DNA of 64,000 nt from assembly GCA_964016885.1 (NCBI GenBank), contig OZ024761.1, positions 2,294,001 to 2,358,000 of the forward strand, given 5' to 3'. The notes under the pieces are model-generated. The model was not told the origin of the DNA and did not search any database. It saw only the letters and a list, made by a program, of their open reading frames with translations. The translations under genes and the position numbers were made by a program. Origin of the DNA: Eledone cirrhosa. Its lineage: Eukaryota. Shown here piece after piece: positions 1 through 12,547 of the stretch. Within the stretch, counting starts at the first letter, position 1. Each line of letters starts with the position of its first letter.

Positions 1-563
1 ACTGTTTCATTTTTATACATATATCGAGAATGACACTTCTTTTTACTATTACACTCCCTTCCCTCTTTATCTTCTGCATATAAGTGACCGCATGCGTGTG
101 TGTGTGTTTATACGCGTGCTTTCATACTCGTATGTGTATTTAATACCTGTATCTGGATGCGTGTCAACTATATTATCATTTTCATTTTCTTTTTCAACTC
201 ATATTATATCCGTATTTGTGGTCACATATACACAAATATACTTGCCCTCATATATGTACTTACGCACACATTTTCACCATACACATGCATTTGTACATAC
301 ACACATATGTACATTTTTGAGTGTATATACATACATATACACATACCTAACTATATTTCCTTATATTTTTTTAATATTTTTTAATATATCTCTTGCATTA
401 CTTTTATTTATATATTTTTTGCATTTCTTGAAGAGACTTTCCAAATATTTCACTATGTTTTATATTACCTTGTCCGACGAACGAATAAGGACGTTTTTTT
501 CGTATTCGTCTTATTCACGAAACCTCTGGTAATGAGGTAATTATATTGTATTGTTTATTATAC
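1..563 (+). mobile_element. Hammerhead-bearing dispersed repeat (Penelope pLTR/retrozyme-like), copy 1
   Basis: Homologous to 7000-7615 (direct) and 655-1290 (inverted); ends in a hammerhead motif. Confidence 0.6.
464..541 (+). ncRNA. Type I hammerhead ribozyme motif (core variant CCGACGA)
   Basis: attaccttgt-CCGACGA-hairpin-GAAA-cctctgg-TA-atgaggtaat; stem I and stem III pair; U4 mutated. Confidence 0.6.
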
Positions 564-654
564 ATTATATATATATATATATATATATATAAGTGCTGAA
601 GTTTCCGTGGAAAAAGTAAAAGGAATGAAGAGTGCTCTATGTAAGTAACAGAGC

Positions 655-1290
655 TAAATATTTAATGTATAATAAACAACACAGTATAATTACCTCATTA
701 TCCGAGGTTTCCTAAACAGGAAGAACACAAGAGTCATCCGCATTCGTTTGTCAGATCAGGCAATATAACATAGTGAGATATTTGAAAATAGCTCATCAAG
801 AAAGGCTAAAATGTTTAACAGACAAAGAATATAAATAAAAGTAATAAGACAAAAAATATATTTAAAAAAATAAAAATAAAGAAATATAGTGAGATGATGT
901 GTGTATATGTACATATATATGTGCATCTGTGTATATGTACATACATATGTACATGTGTGTATATGTACAACTGCATGTGTATACTGAAAATATGTATGCC
1001 TAAGTACACACATGAGGGAAAATATATTGGTGTATGTGTGACCACACATATATATGTTAAAAATAGAAATTGTAAAATAATGAAGTTTGCGTACATGCAG
1101 ACGCAAAGACTAAGGGCTGATATATATACACATACAAACGTAAAAGGACGCACGCATACAGAAATATATACACGCGACCACATACATGTATATAATATAT
1201 ACAGGGAAGGGAGTGTATAAAGTCATATGCAGACGGAAGGTCGATACAAATATAAAATATGATGAATAAATATATAAGATAAAAATAAAA
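655..1290 (-). mobile_element. Hammerhead-bearing dispersed repeat, copy 2 (inverted)
   Basis: Reverse complement of 7000-7615 at high identity; its hammerhead at 689-764 has the degenerate core CTGACAA. Confidence 0.6.
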
Positions 1291-1699
1291 AAATATAATA
1301 AAAATTAATAAAAATTAAGGCAATGAGAAAGTAAGTGAGGGGAGTGTAATAGATAAAGCAATACTAGAAAAAATAATAAGTAAAAAAAATGTGCATACAC
1401 ACAAAAACGCTCACACATAAGACACACTCTACTCTGAAAGGCTAAAATGAATCACTAGAGTTGATTTAGTTACGTTCCAGTCATCCATCCATACAAATCT
1501 TGCCAGGTATTTCAGCTACCTCAACACATTTATTTTGTTATCCTCATTTTCCCCTACCATGCTGACTCTGTCTCTGTCTATTTTTCCATCAAAGGCCATG
1601 ACTGGCTATTATTAATATTATTGTTGCTGTATTCTATCAGCTACTTTGCCATGCTGTATTCTATCAGTTAGTTTGTTAGCCTTGACGGCGACCCTCTCT

Positions 1700-4600
1700 C
1701 TATGATGGCTACCCTCTCTCTATCTCTCTCTCACAATTTCCCTCCCACCCACCCCGTCACACCACCATAGCCTATTCGACCAATCAAACCTCAGCATGCC
1801 ATTTCTTCTACTACTACTACTACTACCTAACTCTCTCCTCTCCCGTCCCAGCCCAACGCACCCTGCCATTATTACCACCACCACTGTTCTTCTAGCCCTG
1901 AATTTTCCTACCGTTATGGATGGATGAGCTGAGAATAAATTGGAGCAACTCTGAATTAATAGATGAAATGAATATGAATCCGCGAGCTACCAAGCACCCA
2001 TGTGAAGCCCCAATCCAGAGAGAGGAAGCACACACACACCCCTGCAAAAATCGACCCTTCCCTACGAGTGTCGACAAATGCCCAAAACTCCGAGTTGATA
2101 CCATCAATGTAAGCACAATGAAAGGAAGAGCAGGAGAAATCGTAGAAATGCTAGAGCGAAAGGAAATTGATGTATGCTGTGTGCAAGACACTAGATGGAG
2201 AGGAGGGTCTGCTAGAGTCCTTGTAGGAAAAAGTCGGTGCTACAAATTTTTCTGGGTGGGAAATGATGATGGGATGGGTGGTGTAGGTATACTACTAGCT
2301 GACAAGTGGGTAGATAAAGTAATCTCAGTGTACAGGGTAAATGCAAGAATCATTAAACTCAGACTAGTCCTGAATAAAACAATTACCACAATAATATCAG
2401 CTTACGCACCCCAATCGGGGGTTGCCAGACGAACTTAAGGATAGATTTTACGAGTCCCTAATGCACACTACAGCTCTAACAGATGACAATGACTTCCTAA
2501 TCATAGCAGGAGATTTTAACGGACACGTAGGTAAACACTGCGACGGCTTCAATAGAGTCCATGGAGGCCATGGGGTTGGCACAAGAAATGAAGAAGGATT
2601 CAGACTTCTAGAATTCTGCGACGCCAATGACATGTCGATATGTAACACAAACTTCAAAAAACCCGACAACCACCTGATCACCTATAGATCAGAGGAGCAT
2701 TCTAGTCAGATAGATTTTATCCTCATCAGAGGACGTGACAGATGGACGGTCGTGAACACAAAAGCCTTCCCTAGTGAGGAATGTACCTCCCAACATAGCT
2801 TAGTTGTCAGCGACCTCACAGTCAGAACTAGACGAACCTGGAAACAGAGGCCAACCTGGAGAAGAAAGATCTGGAAGCTGAAAGACCTCTCAGCCAGTAA
2901 CAGATTTAAAGATATTTTACTCAACGCCTACGACAGTAAAGAAGAATAGATAGAGACATTCAATGTAGAAGAGCACTGGGAGTTCCTAAAAAATAACTTA
3001 CTAGAGGCAACGGATGAGGTCTGTGGCTGGAGTAAGACCACAAGCAGGAGGAGAGTGACTTGGTGTTGGAACAATAAGGTAGATGAGGCAGTTAAGGCCA
3101 AGAGACAGGCATGGAAAGAATGGAAGAACGGGGGGAGCAGGGTACATTACATAGAGACCAAGAGGGAAGCTAGACGACAAGTATACTTAGCTAGAAGGGA
3201 AGCAGAGGATAAAAAATTCAAGCATGTTTTGCAATGTGAGGACCAGAAACAAGAGGTGTTCAAGATTGCGAGGCAGTGTGTCAGAGAGAATTGTGATGTC
3301 ATTGGAGAGAAGTGTATCCGGAATGATAAAGGTGAGCTTGCCCTCACAAGTGCTGAGAAGAAAGATGCATGGCAGAGTCATTATGATAGATTACTAAATG
3401 AGGAGAATGCATGGGAAGAAGAGACCCTACCCCAAGTAGACCCTATAGAGGGGCCAGCAGTACAAGTCAGCAGCAGCGTAGTAAGTAAGGCAATCAAAGA
3501 TATGAAGATGGGGAAGGCAACCGGTCCATCGGGTATAGCTGCCGAGATGCTGAAGGCATCTGGGTCTGTAGGTCACACTATAACCACACGTATTATTAAC
3601 CAGGTAATACTAGAAGGTGTCATACCAAAAGATTGGTGCAGTAGCATCATTGTCAACTGCTACAAAGGTAAAGGTGATGCACTCGATAGAGGAAACTATA
3701 GAGGTATAAAGCTGATGGACCAAGTCATGAAAGTAACAGAAAGAGTTATAGCACAGTTGATTAGGGACTGGGTGAAACTAGATGAGATGCAATTTGGGTT
3801 TGTACCAGGAAGAGGCACCACTGATGCCCTCTTCCTTGTGAGGCAGTTACAGGAAAAGTACCTAGCTAAAAGTAAGCCACTCTATCTGGCATTCGTCGAT
3901 CTCGAGAAAACCTTTGACAGAGTTCCACGTGCTGTAATCTGGTGGGCTCTTAGAAAACTAGGAGTAGATGAATGGCTTGTGAAAGCTGTACAAGCAGTCA
4001 GCAAAGTTAGGATTAGCAATGAGTATAGCGAGGAATTTAGCGTACAGGTTGGGGTCCACCAGGGCTCTGTTCTTAGCCCTCTCCTGTTCATCATAGTCCT
4101 GCAAGCAATAACGGAGGAGTTTAAGACCGGATGCCCATGGGAACTCCTGTATACTGATGACCTCGCACTTATAGCTGAATCTATGGTAGAACTAGAGAAG
4201 AAATTCCAAACTTGGAAGCAGGGACTAGAAAGAAAGAGTCTCAAAGTCAACATGACAAAGACTAAGGTCCTTGTAAGTAGACGAGAAAACAGAACCCAGA
4301 TCCCCTCAGGGAAATGGCCTTGCTCAGTATGTAGGAAAGGTGTAGGTAGGAACTCCATTCTGTGCCCCAAATGCAAACAATGGGTACACAAGAGATGTAG
4401 AGGGATCTCAGGAAGCTTAATTAAGAATGTAGGCTTCACATGCAGCAGCTGTACTGGGACAGCAAGCAGCAAACAGCCACAGGAAACAAGTACCACCAAT
4501 CTCTGGGAAGGCTCTATAGAGACAGTAGACAGCTTCTGCTACCTAGGTGACCGAATTAGCAGCGGAGGTGGGTGTTCAGAAAGTACAATAACTAGGGTAA

Positions 4601-5290
4601 GAACGGGATGGAAGAAGTTCAGGGAACTACTACCACTGCTAGCTGCAAAAGGCTTCTCCCTCAAAGTGAAAGGCAGACTGTATGATGCGTGTATCCGAAC
4701 AGCAATGTTACATGGTAGTGAGACCTGGGCGCTGAAGGTGGAAGACTTACGTAAATTAGAGAGAAACGAAGCCTGCATGCTCCGATGGATGTGTAATAGT
4801 AATATACACGAACGACAAAGCATAAATGAATTGAGAGAGAGACTGAGCATAAGAGGAATCAAATGCTGTGTGCAGGAGAGGCGGTTGCGTTGCTATGGAC
4901 ATGTGATGCGTATGAAGGATGACAGCTGCATAAAAATGTGCAGAGCACTAGAAGTCGATGGAAACCGCGGAGTGGGGAGACCCAAGATGACCTGGGATGA
5001 GGTGATAAAAGCCGACCTTACCCAATTACATTACTCAAAGGCGATGACACACGACCGTGACCTCTGGCGTCACGCAGTAATACAGAGTACCCGACCTCCC
5101 ATGGGTACAAGCTGAAGCATATAGACAATATGCCCCCACACCCTCCCACTGCAAGGTGGTCGTGGAGGTGCCACGGCAAAAAAGCACCCAGCCTACACTG
5201 TAAAGTGGATGTGTAGGCGCCACGAAAAAGCACCCAGCACTCACTGTCGGCTGACCATGCCTTGCTCATACAGTTCCTGTATGAGCAAGG
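1700..5290 (+). mobile_element. RTE-clade LINE, family A, near full length, decayed
   Basis: APE endonuclease motifs (INVSTMKGR, CCVQDTRW, ISAYAPQ, AGDFNGHVG, SQIDFIL, SQH); RT ([30 protein letters not shown]); frameshift near 2420 and stop at 2947. Confidence 0.95.
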
Positions 5291-5292
5291 CA

Positions 5293-5727
5293 TGTTAGAG
5301 ATGCCTACTGGCTGTAGTAGGTTTTACTATGTATTTAGGTAAGGCGGGTCTTCTCTGTTACTGAGTACCGCCAAAGGTCTCGGTCCAGTGACATTGTCTT
5401 GGAGAGGTGTAAGTGTGTGAGGTCGGAGTTTATCAGCTCGTCCCAGGTTTTTCTAGGTCTGCCTATTCCGTGGCTACCGTCTATCTTTATTGCCTTGCAC
5501 TTTGTTATACAGCTATCGACTTTCATGCGCATCACGTGTCCATACCAACGTAGCCTTCTCTCGAGTAAACAACATCTGATCCCTCTTATTTCTAATTTTT
5601 TCCTTAGTTCGTTTATGCTTTGCCGTTCACGTATATTACTGTTACACATCCAGCGGAGCATGCAAGCTTCGTTCCTCTCTAGTCTGCGTATATCCTCTGC
5701 ACACAATGCCCAGGTCTCACTGCCATA
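5293..5727 (-). mobile_element. RTE LINE family B, 3' fragment
   Basis: Near identical to 34234-34666; encodes C-terminal [12 protein letters not shown]...GRPRKTW. Confidence 0.92.
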
Positions 5728-6183
5728 TATATGTTATCTATACGGTGAAATCTTTGAAATAAATATATGTTAAAACAAAAAAGGAGAAAAAGAGATTAGT
5801 GACGGAAATATAAACGTTATGATACATAAACGTTATCATATAACGATGGAAATATATCTTCATATGGTCCTTGGCATGGTGTCAAGTCAGAACCGCCTCG
5901 AACTGGTTACTTCTGGCTTGTGCAAGGTGTCTCTATAGCAACCAGCGATTCCCTCGGCCTCAGTGACAAAAGTCAGTGGAGAGGGGAAGGTAATGTTTCT
6001 ATAGCGACAGTGTTTCTCTTGGTAGTACCAAAGTGGAGAAAGGAAGGGGAAGGTAATATTTCTGTAGCACCTACATTTGAGTTTTAGGGAAGGACAGACA
6101 GACAAACAGAGAAATGCCCATATATTTCTGTGTGTGTATATATATATATATATATTACACACACAGAAATGTATATATATTTC

Positions 6184-6238
<55 letters not shown>

Positions 6239-6432
6239 CACACACAGAAATGTATCTATATTTCTGTGTATACATATATATATATTACACACGCAGAAAT
6301 GTATATATATTTCTGTGTGTGTGTATATATACTACACACACAGAAATGTATATATATTTCTGTGTGTGTATATATATATATATATTACACACACAGAAAT
6401 GTATATATATTTCTTAGAACAAAATTATTATT
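5727..6432 (-). mobile_element. Composite Helitron-like repeat with palindromic minisatellite
   Basis: Near-identical block at 45530-46450; contains repeats of acacacagaaat-gtatat-atttctgtgtgt. Confidence 0.6.
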
Positions 6433-6537
6433 AATGTTTTGCTGTTCATAACAATTGGAATTGAAAAATTACTTTTGAAATTATTAGTTATTTTACTAAT
6501 GCTTAGATATGTAAAAATGAAGCAATGTTTCTAATAA

Positions 6538-6724
6538 TTGTTTCTACTTTTGGCACAAGGCCAGCAATAACCCAGTACATTACTGGTACTTTATTTTATC
6601 GACCCCGTGAGGATGAAAGGCAAAGTTAACCTCGGCGGTATTTGAACTCAGACCGTAAAGGGGCGTAACTCCATGCTATGAAGCATGGTGTCCGACTCTA
6701 CAGATTCTGCCAATCCACCGCCCT
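6538..6724 (-). mobile_element. tRNA-derived SINE (octopus-type)
   Basis: Minus strand: ggcggtggattggcagaatc (A box)...gagttcaaat (B box)...gcctttcatcc..ggggtcgataaaataaagtaccagt...ggccttgtgcc; many copies in window. Confidence 0.85.
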
Positions 6725-6999
6725 AATGTCTGTACGTAATGAGGGAGTGAGAGGGGAGAGAAAGAAAGGCAGAGGTGAAGTGACGAAGTGACTCTCTCCT
6801 CCTCCTCCTCCATCTCCCCATTCGTCACAGCGATAGAGGGGAGGAATGTTAGTGTGTTACAAAGAGAAAGAGTGAGAGTGAAAGAAACAGACAGACTAAA
6901 AGAGAGGGATAGCTGGAGAGAGAGATAGCAACCACGCGCGCACGTGTTTCCACTGTCGGACAGACAGACAGAGAAATTGCTGGTTATATATTATAAGGT

Positions 7000-7615
7000 G
7001 ATTATATTTTTTTATTTTTATCTTATATATTTATTCATCATATTTTATATTTGTATCGACCTTCCATCTGCATATGACTTTATACACTCCCTTCCCTGTA
7101 TATATTATATACATGTATGTGGTCGCGTGTATATATTTCTGTGTGCGTGCGTCGTTTTACGTTTGTATGTGTATATATATCAGCCCTTAGTATGTACGCA
7201 AACTTCATTATTTTACAATTTCTATTTTTAACATATATATGTGTGGTCACACATACACCAATATATTTGCCCTCATGTGTGTACTTACGCATACATATTT
7301 TCACTATACACATGCAGTTGTACATATACACACATGTACATATGTATGTACATATACACAGATGCGCATATATATGTACATCATCTCACTATATTTCTTT
7401 ATTTTTATTTTTTTAAATATATTTTTTGTCTTATTACTTTTATTTATATTCTTTGTCCGTTAAACATTTTAGCCTTTCTTGAGCTATTTTCGAATATCTC
7501 ACTATGTTATATTGCCTTATCTGACGAACGAATGCGGACGTCTCTTGTGTTCGTCCTGTTCGGGAAACCTCGGATAATGAGGTAATTATATTGTGTTGTT
7601 TATTATACATTAAAT
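7000..7615 (+). mobile_element. Hammerhead-bearing dispersed repeat, copy 3
   Basis: Homologous to 1-563 and 655-1290; ends about 45 nt from the POLRMT exon 7 donor. Confidence 0.6.
7511..7586 (+). ncRNA. Type I hammerhead ribozyme motif
   Basis: attgccttat-CTGACGA-hairpin-GAAA-cctcgga-TA-atgaggtaat; intact core, imperfect stems II/III. Confidence 0.6.
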
Positions 7616-7661
7616 ATATATATATTATATAATCAGGTGTGTTATAGACAGAAAGACTTAC

Positions 7662-7769
7662 CATATTTGGTAGCTGAGGAATATTCAAGCTTTGAAGTAA
7701 ATTTCCAGAATAATGAATGTTGATCTCTTTTTGAAATGGTTCGTAATCTGGATCAATCATTTTTAGAGC
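7662..7769 (-). CDS. POLRMT: POLRMT coding exon 7 (gene continues beyond window start)
   Basis: cttattacag acceptor, GTAAGT donor, 108 nt phase 0; ALKMIDPDYEPFQKEINIHYSGNLLQSLNIPQLPNM resembles human AVHKVKPTF...NTSKLLRDVY. Confidence 0.8.
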
Positions 7770-7944
7770 CTGTAATAAGTTGTATATTAATTATATATAC
7801 ACATAATATATATTAAGTATATATACACATAATATATATTAATTATATATACACATCATATATATTTAGACATCACATCATAGATTAGTTAATATTAAAT
7901 ATAGTGAAAGTTTCATCCCATTAGCATTATTTTGAAAAGCAATA

Positions 7945-8135
7945 GGTGGTGGATTGGCAGTATCGGTAGAGGGTCGGACACCATGCTTTGACGCATAGAG
8001 TTATGGCCCTTCCCATTCTGAGTTCAAATCCTGCCATGGTTGACTTTGCCTTTCATCCTTACGGGGTCGATAAAATAAAGTACCAGTAATGCACTGGGTA
8101 ATTACTGGCCTTGTGCCAAAAGTAGAAACAATTAT
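7945..8135 (+). mobile_element. tRNA-derived SINE
   Basis: ggtggtggattggcagtatcggtagag...gagttcaaatcc...gcctttcatcc..gtcgataaaataaagtaccag. Confidence 0.85.
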
Positions 8136-8139
8136 TTTG

Positions 8140-8515
8140 AAAAGCAAGTGGCCAAAATGGGATTCCTCCGAAGGGTCTTTGGAGTAACATTATTCGGTAA
8201 AGTGCGTAGCTCGGAGATCAGAGAGTCACTCCAGGTAGAACTGCTACTTCTTTGAATTGAGAGATCACAGCTCTGATACTATGGACATGTGGTTAGAATA
8301 TCTCAGGAAAGAATCTCTGGACAGATTTTATGGGGAAAACCAACAGGCAGGCGACCCAGGGGTAGACCCCGAGCAAGATGTTTGGATAACATCCATGAGT
8401 TTGGCTGGTCTCGCTTGGAGATCCAGCCAGATCAGTTGGAGATGGTTGCTTCTGACAGGACCTGCTGGAAGGAGTGTTTGAGGACTCTGCCCCCACGACC
8501 CTCTCAGGAATAAGT
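8140..8515 (+). mobile_element. RTE-like LINE 3' fragment (another family)
   Basis: Encodes ..YGHVVRISQERISGQILWGKPTGRRPRGRPRARCLDNI, a typical RTE C-terminus. Confidence 0.75.
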
Positions 8516-8556
8516 GAGTGAAGAAGAAGTAGAAGTCATTTTGACAGAGCATCAAA

Positions 8557-8594
<38 letters not shown>

Positions 8595-8597
<3 letters not shown>

Positions 8598-11085
8598 TAG
8601 ACATACTATAAAACTAACCTGCTCTTCCACCAAAAATTTAGCGCAAAATATTAATAGAATTAATAATAGAAATTTAAAACCTAACCAAAATACCAATAAT
8701 AACCCAAGCAATATTCAATCGAATAACTGTAACTGTAGAAATAAATCCGACTGTCCGTTAAATAACAACTGCTTAGCTAAAAATGTAGTTTATAATTGTA
8801 ATGTTAAAACTAATTTAAATTCATTTAACTATGTCGGTTCTACCTCTACAGAATTTAAATCCCGCTTCAATAATCATAAAAATTCTTTTACAGATCCAAA
8901 CAAAAAATCTTCAACTTCGCTATCTAGCCTATTATGGGACCTAAAACGAGATAATGTTGAATATTCGCTGATTTGGAATATTATTTCAAAAGCTACTCCT
9001 TTTAATTCCTCTTCAGAAAATTGTGACCTTTGTATAGAGGAAATATTTTTTTATATTAAAGACCAAAAATTCCCTTAATTTAAGGAATAATTTATTCAGT
9101 TGCTGCAGACATAGATTGAACTCAACGTTTAAATATAAATATAAATTTAAAATGTAGTTTAATTAATTAAGTAATTTAGTTAATATATGTAACCTGTCGA
9201 TAAATCATTAGATTCCTTCGCCTTTTTCATTTTCTTTGGTTAAGTACCCAAGTATAAATTTTCTTCATAAATATAATTATAAATATAATAAACTATTCTA
9301 GAAAAGTTTATCCTTTCAATATCTTGAATAAAATATACGTAAGATAAATGTCTATACTAAAGATATTATTTTAGCTTAAAATATTCTATATTTTAAGAGT
9401 TTTAAAAATTTTTTTTTTTATTTTTAAAAATTGTTTTAAATTTTTTTTAATTTTTTTTAAATTTTTTTATTTTTAAACTTTTTAATATTTTGATATATGT
9501 AGAATCCTTGTTTTTTAAGTTATATTGATATAATATTTTATTTTTTATTAGATTCATTTTATTTATTTTTTTATTAGATTCATTTTATTTTTTATTTTTA
9601 TTAGATTTGTTTTTATTAGATTTGTTTTTATTCTGATCGCTTCTCATAATTTTTATTAGATTTATTTTTTATTCTGATAGTTTCTCATAATTTTCAAAAG
9701 TTTGTCCTTTCAATATCTTGATTAAAATATACGTAAGATTAATTTCTATACTAAATATATTAAACATATTATTTTAACTTAAAATATTCTATAATATTTT
9801 GGGATATTTTAGTATTTTGATATTTGTAGAATTCGTTTGCTTTTTAAGTTATATTGATATAATTATATTTCCAAAATATAATCCTTTTGTATTTTATATA
9901 CTCAATTGTACTATGTTATATGTTGATGTATACGTATATCTATGTACGGCTAATGTATCTATATGTGTGTGTTGACATACATATACATGTGTTATATGTT
10001 GTTTTTATGATTATATGTCTGTCTGTATATATGCATGAGTGACGCGTGTTTACCAATTGAAGATGCACATACATATCTATTCATGTATAGCTAAGAATTA
10101 TGGATGTGAATGTACAGGCTTACACATGCAGTTTTTGATTGCAGATATGCATAACTTAACAGCCATAAATGCATGAAAGTTAATCCTATATATTTATATA
10201 TATATACTAAAAACTTTTCATTTTTAATTAATAACACAGGGAATGTATGGCAATAAATAAAAAATCACTTATGCTTTGTATATATATATTATATGCGGGA
10301 GTAGATATAATGTGTATTTTCTGAGTGAGTGTGTATATATATATATTTATGCACCTTTGCCTATGTGTATGTAATATGCGATAGATAATCTCTCTAGCAA
10401 TATATATATTTTATAATGTTTAAATTCCAATTTTTAATATATTGATCTCAATTTTAAACTAAATATCTAATCATAATTAAACAATGTGTAATTTCTCATA
10501 TTATATATCTATATTCCATTCATGAATATTAATATTTCTAATTTTATTTATGCTTTTCATCCCAATTGTTAACTCAACTTAATATGACATAACTTAAGGT
10601 TTTCGTTCTCTCCCCCCTCTCTCTATCTCTATATATCTCTCTCTGGATTTTTTTTCTGTCTGATGGTTTGATATCTCCCCGTTATTTTTCCTCTGTTCTC
10701 TTTTTGCTTTCTTCTTTTTCTTTATCTATCTCTCCCTTTCTTTTCTCCACGTTTCTCTCTCTCTCTCCATCTGTTTACTTACTCTTAACACTATGACTTA
10801 CTAAAGTAAACAAATCACTATCCTGATGGCCTCCAAAAGCAACGGTCAATTTTTAAAGGGGTACGTCAATGTCTATTTATAAAACTGTTATATATTGTAT
10901 TTTGTCTGATGAAGGCATACCATAATGTAACTTGGTATCCTTGAAATATATATAATGAAATAAATATGGTTTTATAAATATAGTTTCCATTTATTAATAT
11001 CGTATATCTACTCCAAATATTTGTCGAGTTCTTTATATCAGTTATAAAAATATTTGCTTGTTGTATCCCAACAATTTAAATAAAA
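8595..11085 (+). mobile_element. Penelope-like element, 5'-truncated: GIY-YIG C-terminus, long AT-rich 3' region, hammerhead
   Basis: From ~8720 reads CNCRNKSDCPLNNNCLAKNVVYNCNVKTNLNSFNYVGSTSTEFKSRFNNHKNSF..TSLSSLLWDLK..LIWNIISKA..CDLCIEE; hammerhead at 10898-10962; related copy at 62515-64000. Confidence 0.85.
10898..10962 (+). ncRNA. Type I hammerhead ribozyme
   Basis: tattttgt-CTGATGA-aggcatacca..tggtatcct-t-GAAA-TATATA-TA-atgaaata; palindromic minimal stem III. Confidence 0.75.
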
Positions 11086-11129
11086 CTTTTGTATATATAT
11101 ATATATACCTGGTATACCTGCAGTTCTTT

Positions 11130-11822
11130 ACCATCCTCACACACACCATCCATCCATCAGAAACTTTGACACACATTGACACACATTTCCACACACACAC
11201 AACCACACATTTCACACAAACCCACATTACCTAGACATACCATGCATCCCCTTCTCTTAACCACACAAACACATCTACACATACACCCACACCGCCTCCA
11301 ATTTTTGCGCGATCTCATCTCACCCCATCCATCCACCCATACACACACCTACACCCATATAGGGACTATACACGCAGGCACACACTCATAATGGTTTTTC
11401 AAAACCCATTCATACACACGTTTCCTCCTGGACTTTCACTTACATCCACACACACACCTTACCTTCCGCCAATCCTGCTCAGACTCTAATTTTTTGCTTC
11501 CCCCCACCCTTACGCACTACCATACCCTTGCTATACATCCCTGCCCCCTCACTTACACTGTTTTTAAATTCTGTTCTTTTACTTATTCCTTTTAATTCCG
11601 TTTCTATTTATTTTGATTTTCCTGTTTTATTTCTTTTTTTTCTCGTCCTTTCATGTTTTTCCTATCACCACCACCCCTCCTCATTCCTCCGCAGAGTTCC
11701 TCCCGATCTTCCTGATGAAGGACTTACGTCCGAAACGTCGTAATGTCCCCCACTCTCACCAAGCATGAAACTAATAACACTATGTACTATTAACTCCTGC
11801 GTTTGTTTATTTGTCCTTTTGA
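11130..11822 (+). mobile_element. Decayed Penelope-like 3' end with minimal hammerhead (11712-11740)
   Basis: CTGATGA-a-ggac-ttac-gtcc-GAAAC-GTC; same motif family as 31787; pyrimidine-rich tail. Confidence 0.55.
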
Positions 11823-12435
11823 GATATATATATATAAATATGAAATAATATTAACACAGAAGTTACATAATCACATTTATTATTATACGTATTTCTGTGA
11901 TTCTGTGACACCAGCATGGACATTTTATGTAATCGTTACAACAGTAACTGGCACCAGTGTCACATCAGCAGATGTTAACACAATTATGTAGGTGGGTTGA
12001 TATGTTGTTGGCTAACAATACCATGTTGATCGCCACCTCTAAACTGGATAGATAGAACGAAGGTGGAGTGCTTTTCCCTGCTTACATCTGTCTATGAGAC
12101 ATAACGCAACTATTACTGATAAACAACACAGTAGCTATCAACTACATATATATATATTATTTTATCATAAATCCATTGTATATATCCGTATATGTATGTA
12201 TGAATGTGTGTGCATGTGTATATATATAGATATATATTATATTGTATACTATATTGATATTTTATGTTATGTTATTTTACGTTATTTTATGGTATATTAT
12301 GTTTTTTATTATATAATGTATTTTTAATTTACAGTTTTGTTTATATATGTATGTGTGGAAACGTCTGTTTAAGCAAATATGCATATGTGCATATGTATGT
12401 ATATGTGTGGGTGTGCGTATGCATGTAGTGTTTTT

Positions 12436-12469
<34 letters not shown>

Positions 12470-12470
12470 G

Positions 12471-12502
<32 letters not shown>

Positions 12503-12547
12503 CTAATTTTGTGTACGTATGTGTATGCATGTGTATATATATATATC

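Noticed and set aside
92-1220. Many Y/I/C/V/H/T-rich ORFs here and elsewhere (6077-6451, 36966-37962, 46086-46705)
   Set aside because: Translations of TA/CA/TG microsatellite-rich repeats.
3882-4862. Antisense ORFs over LINE copies
   Set aside because: Shadows of the RTE reading frame with no independent motifs.
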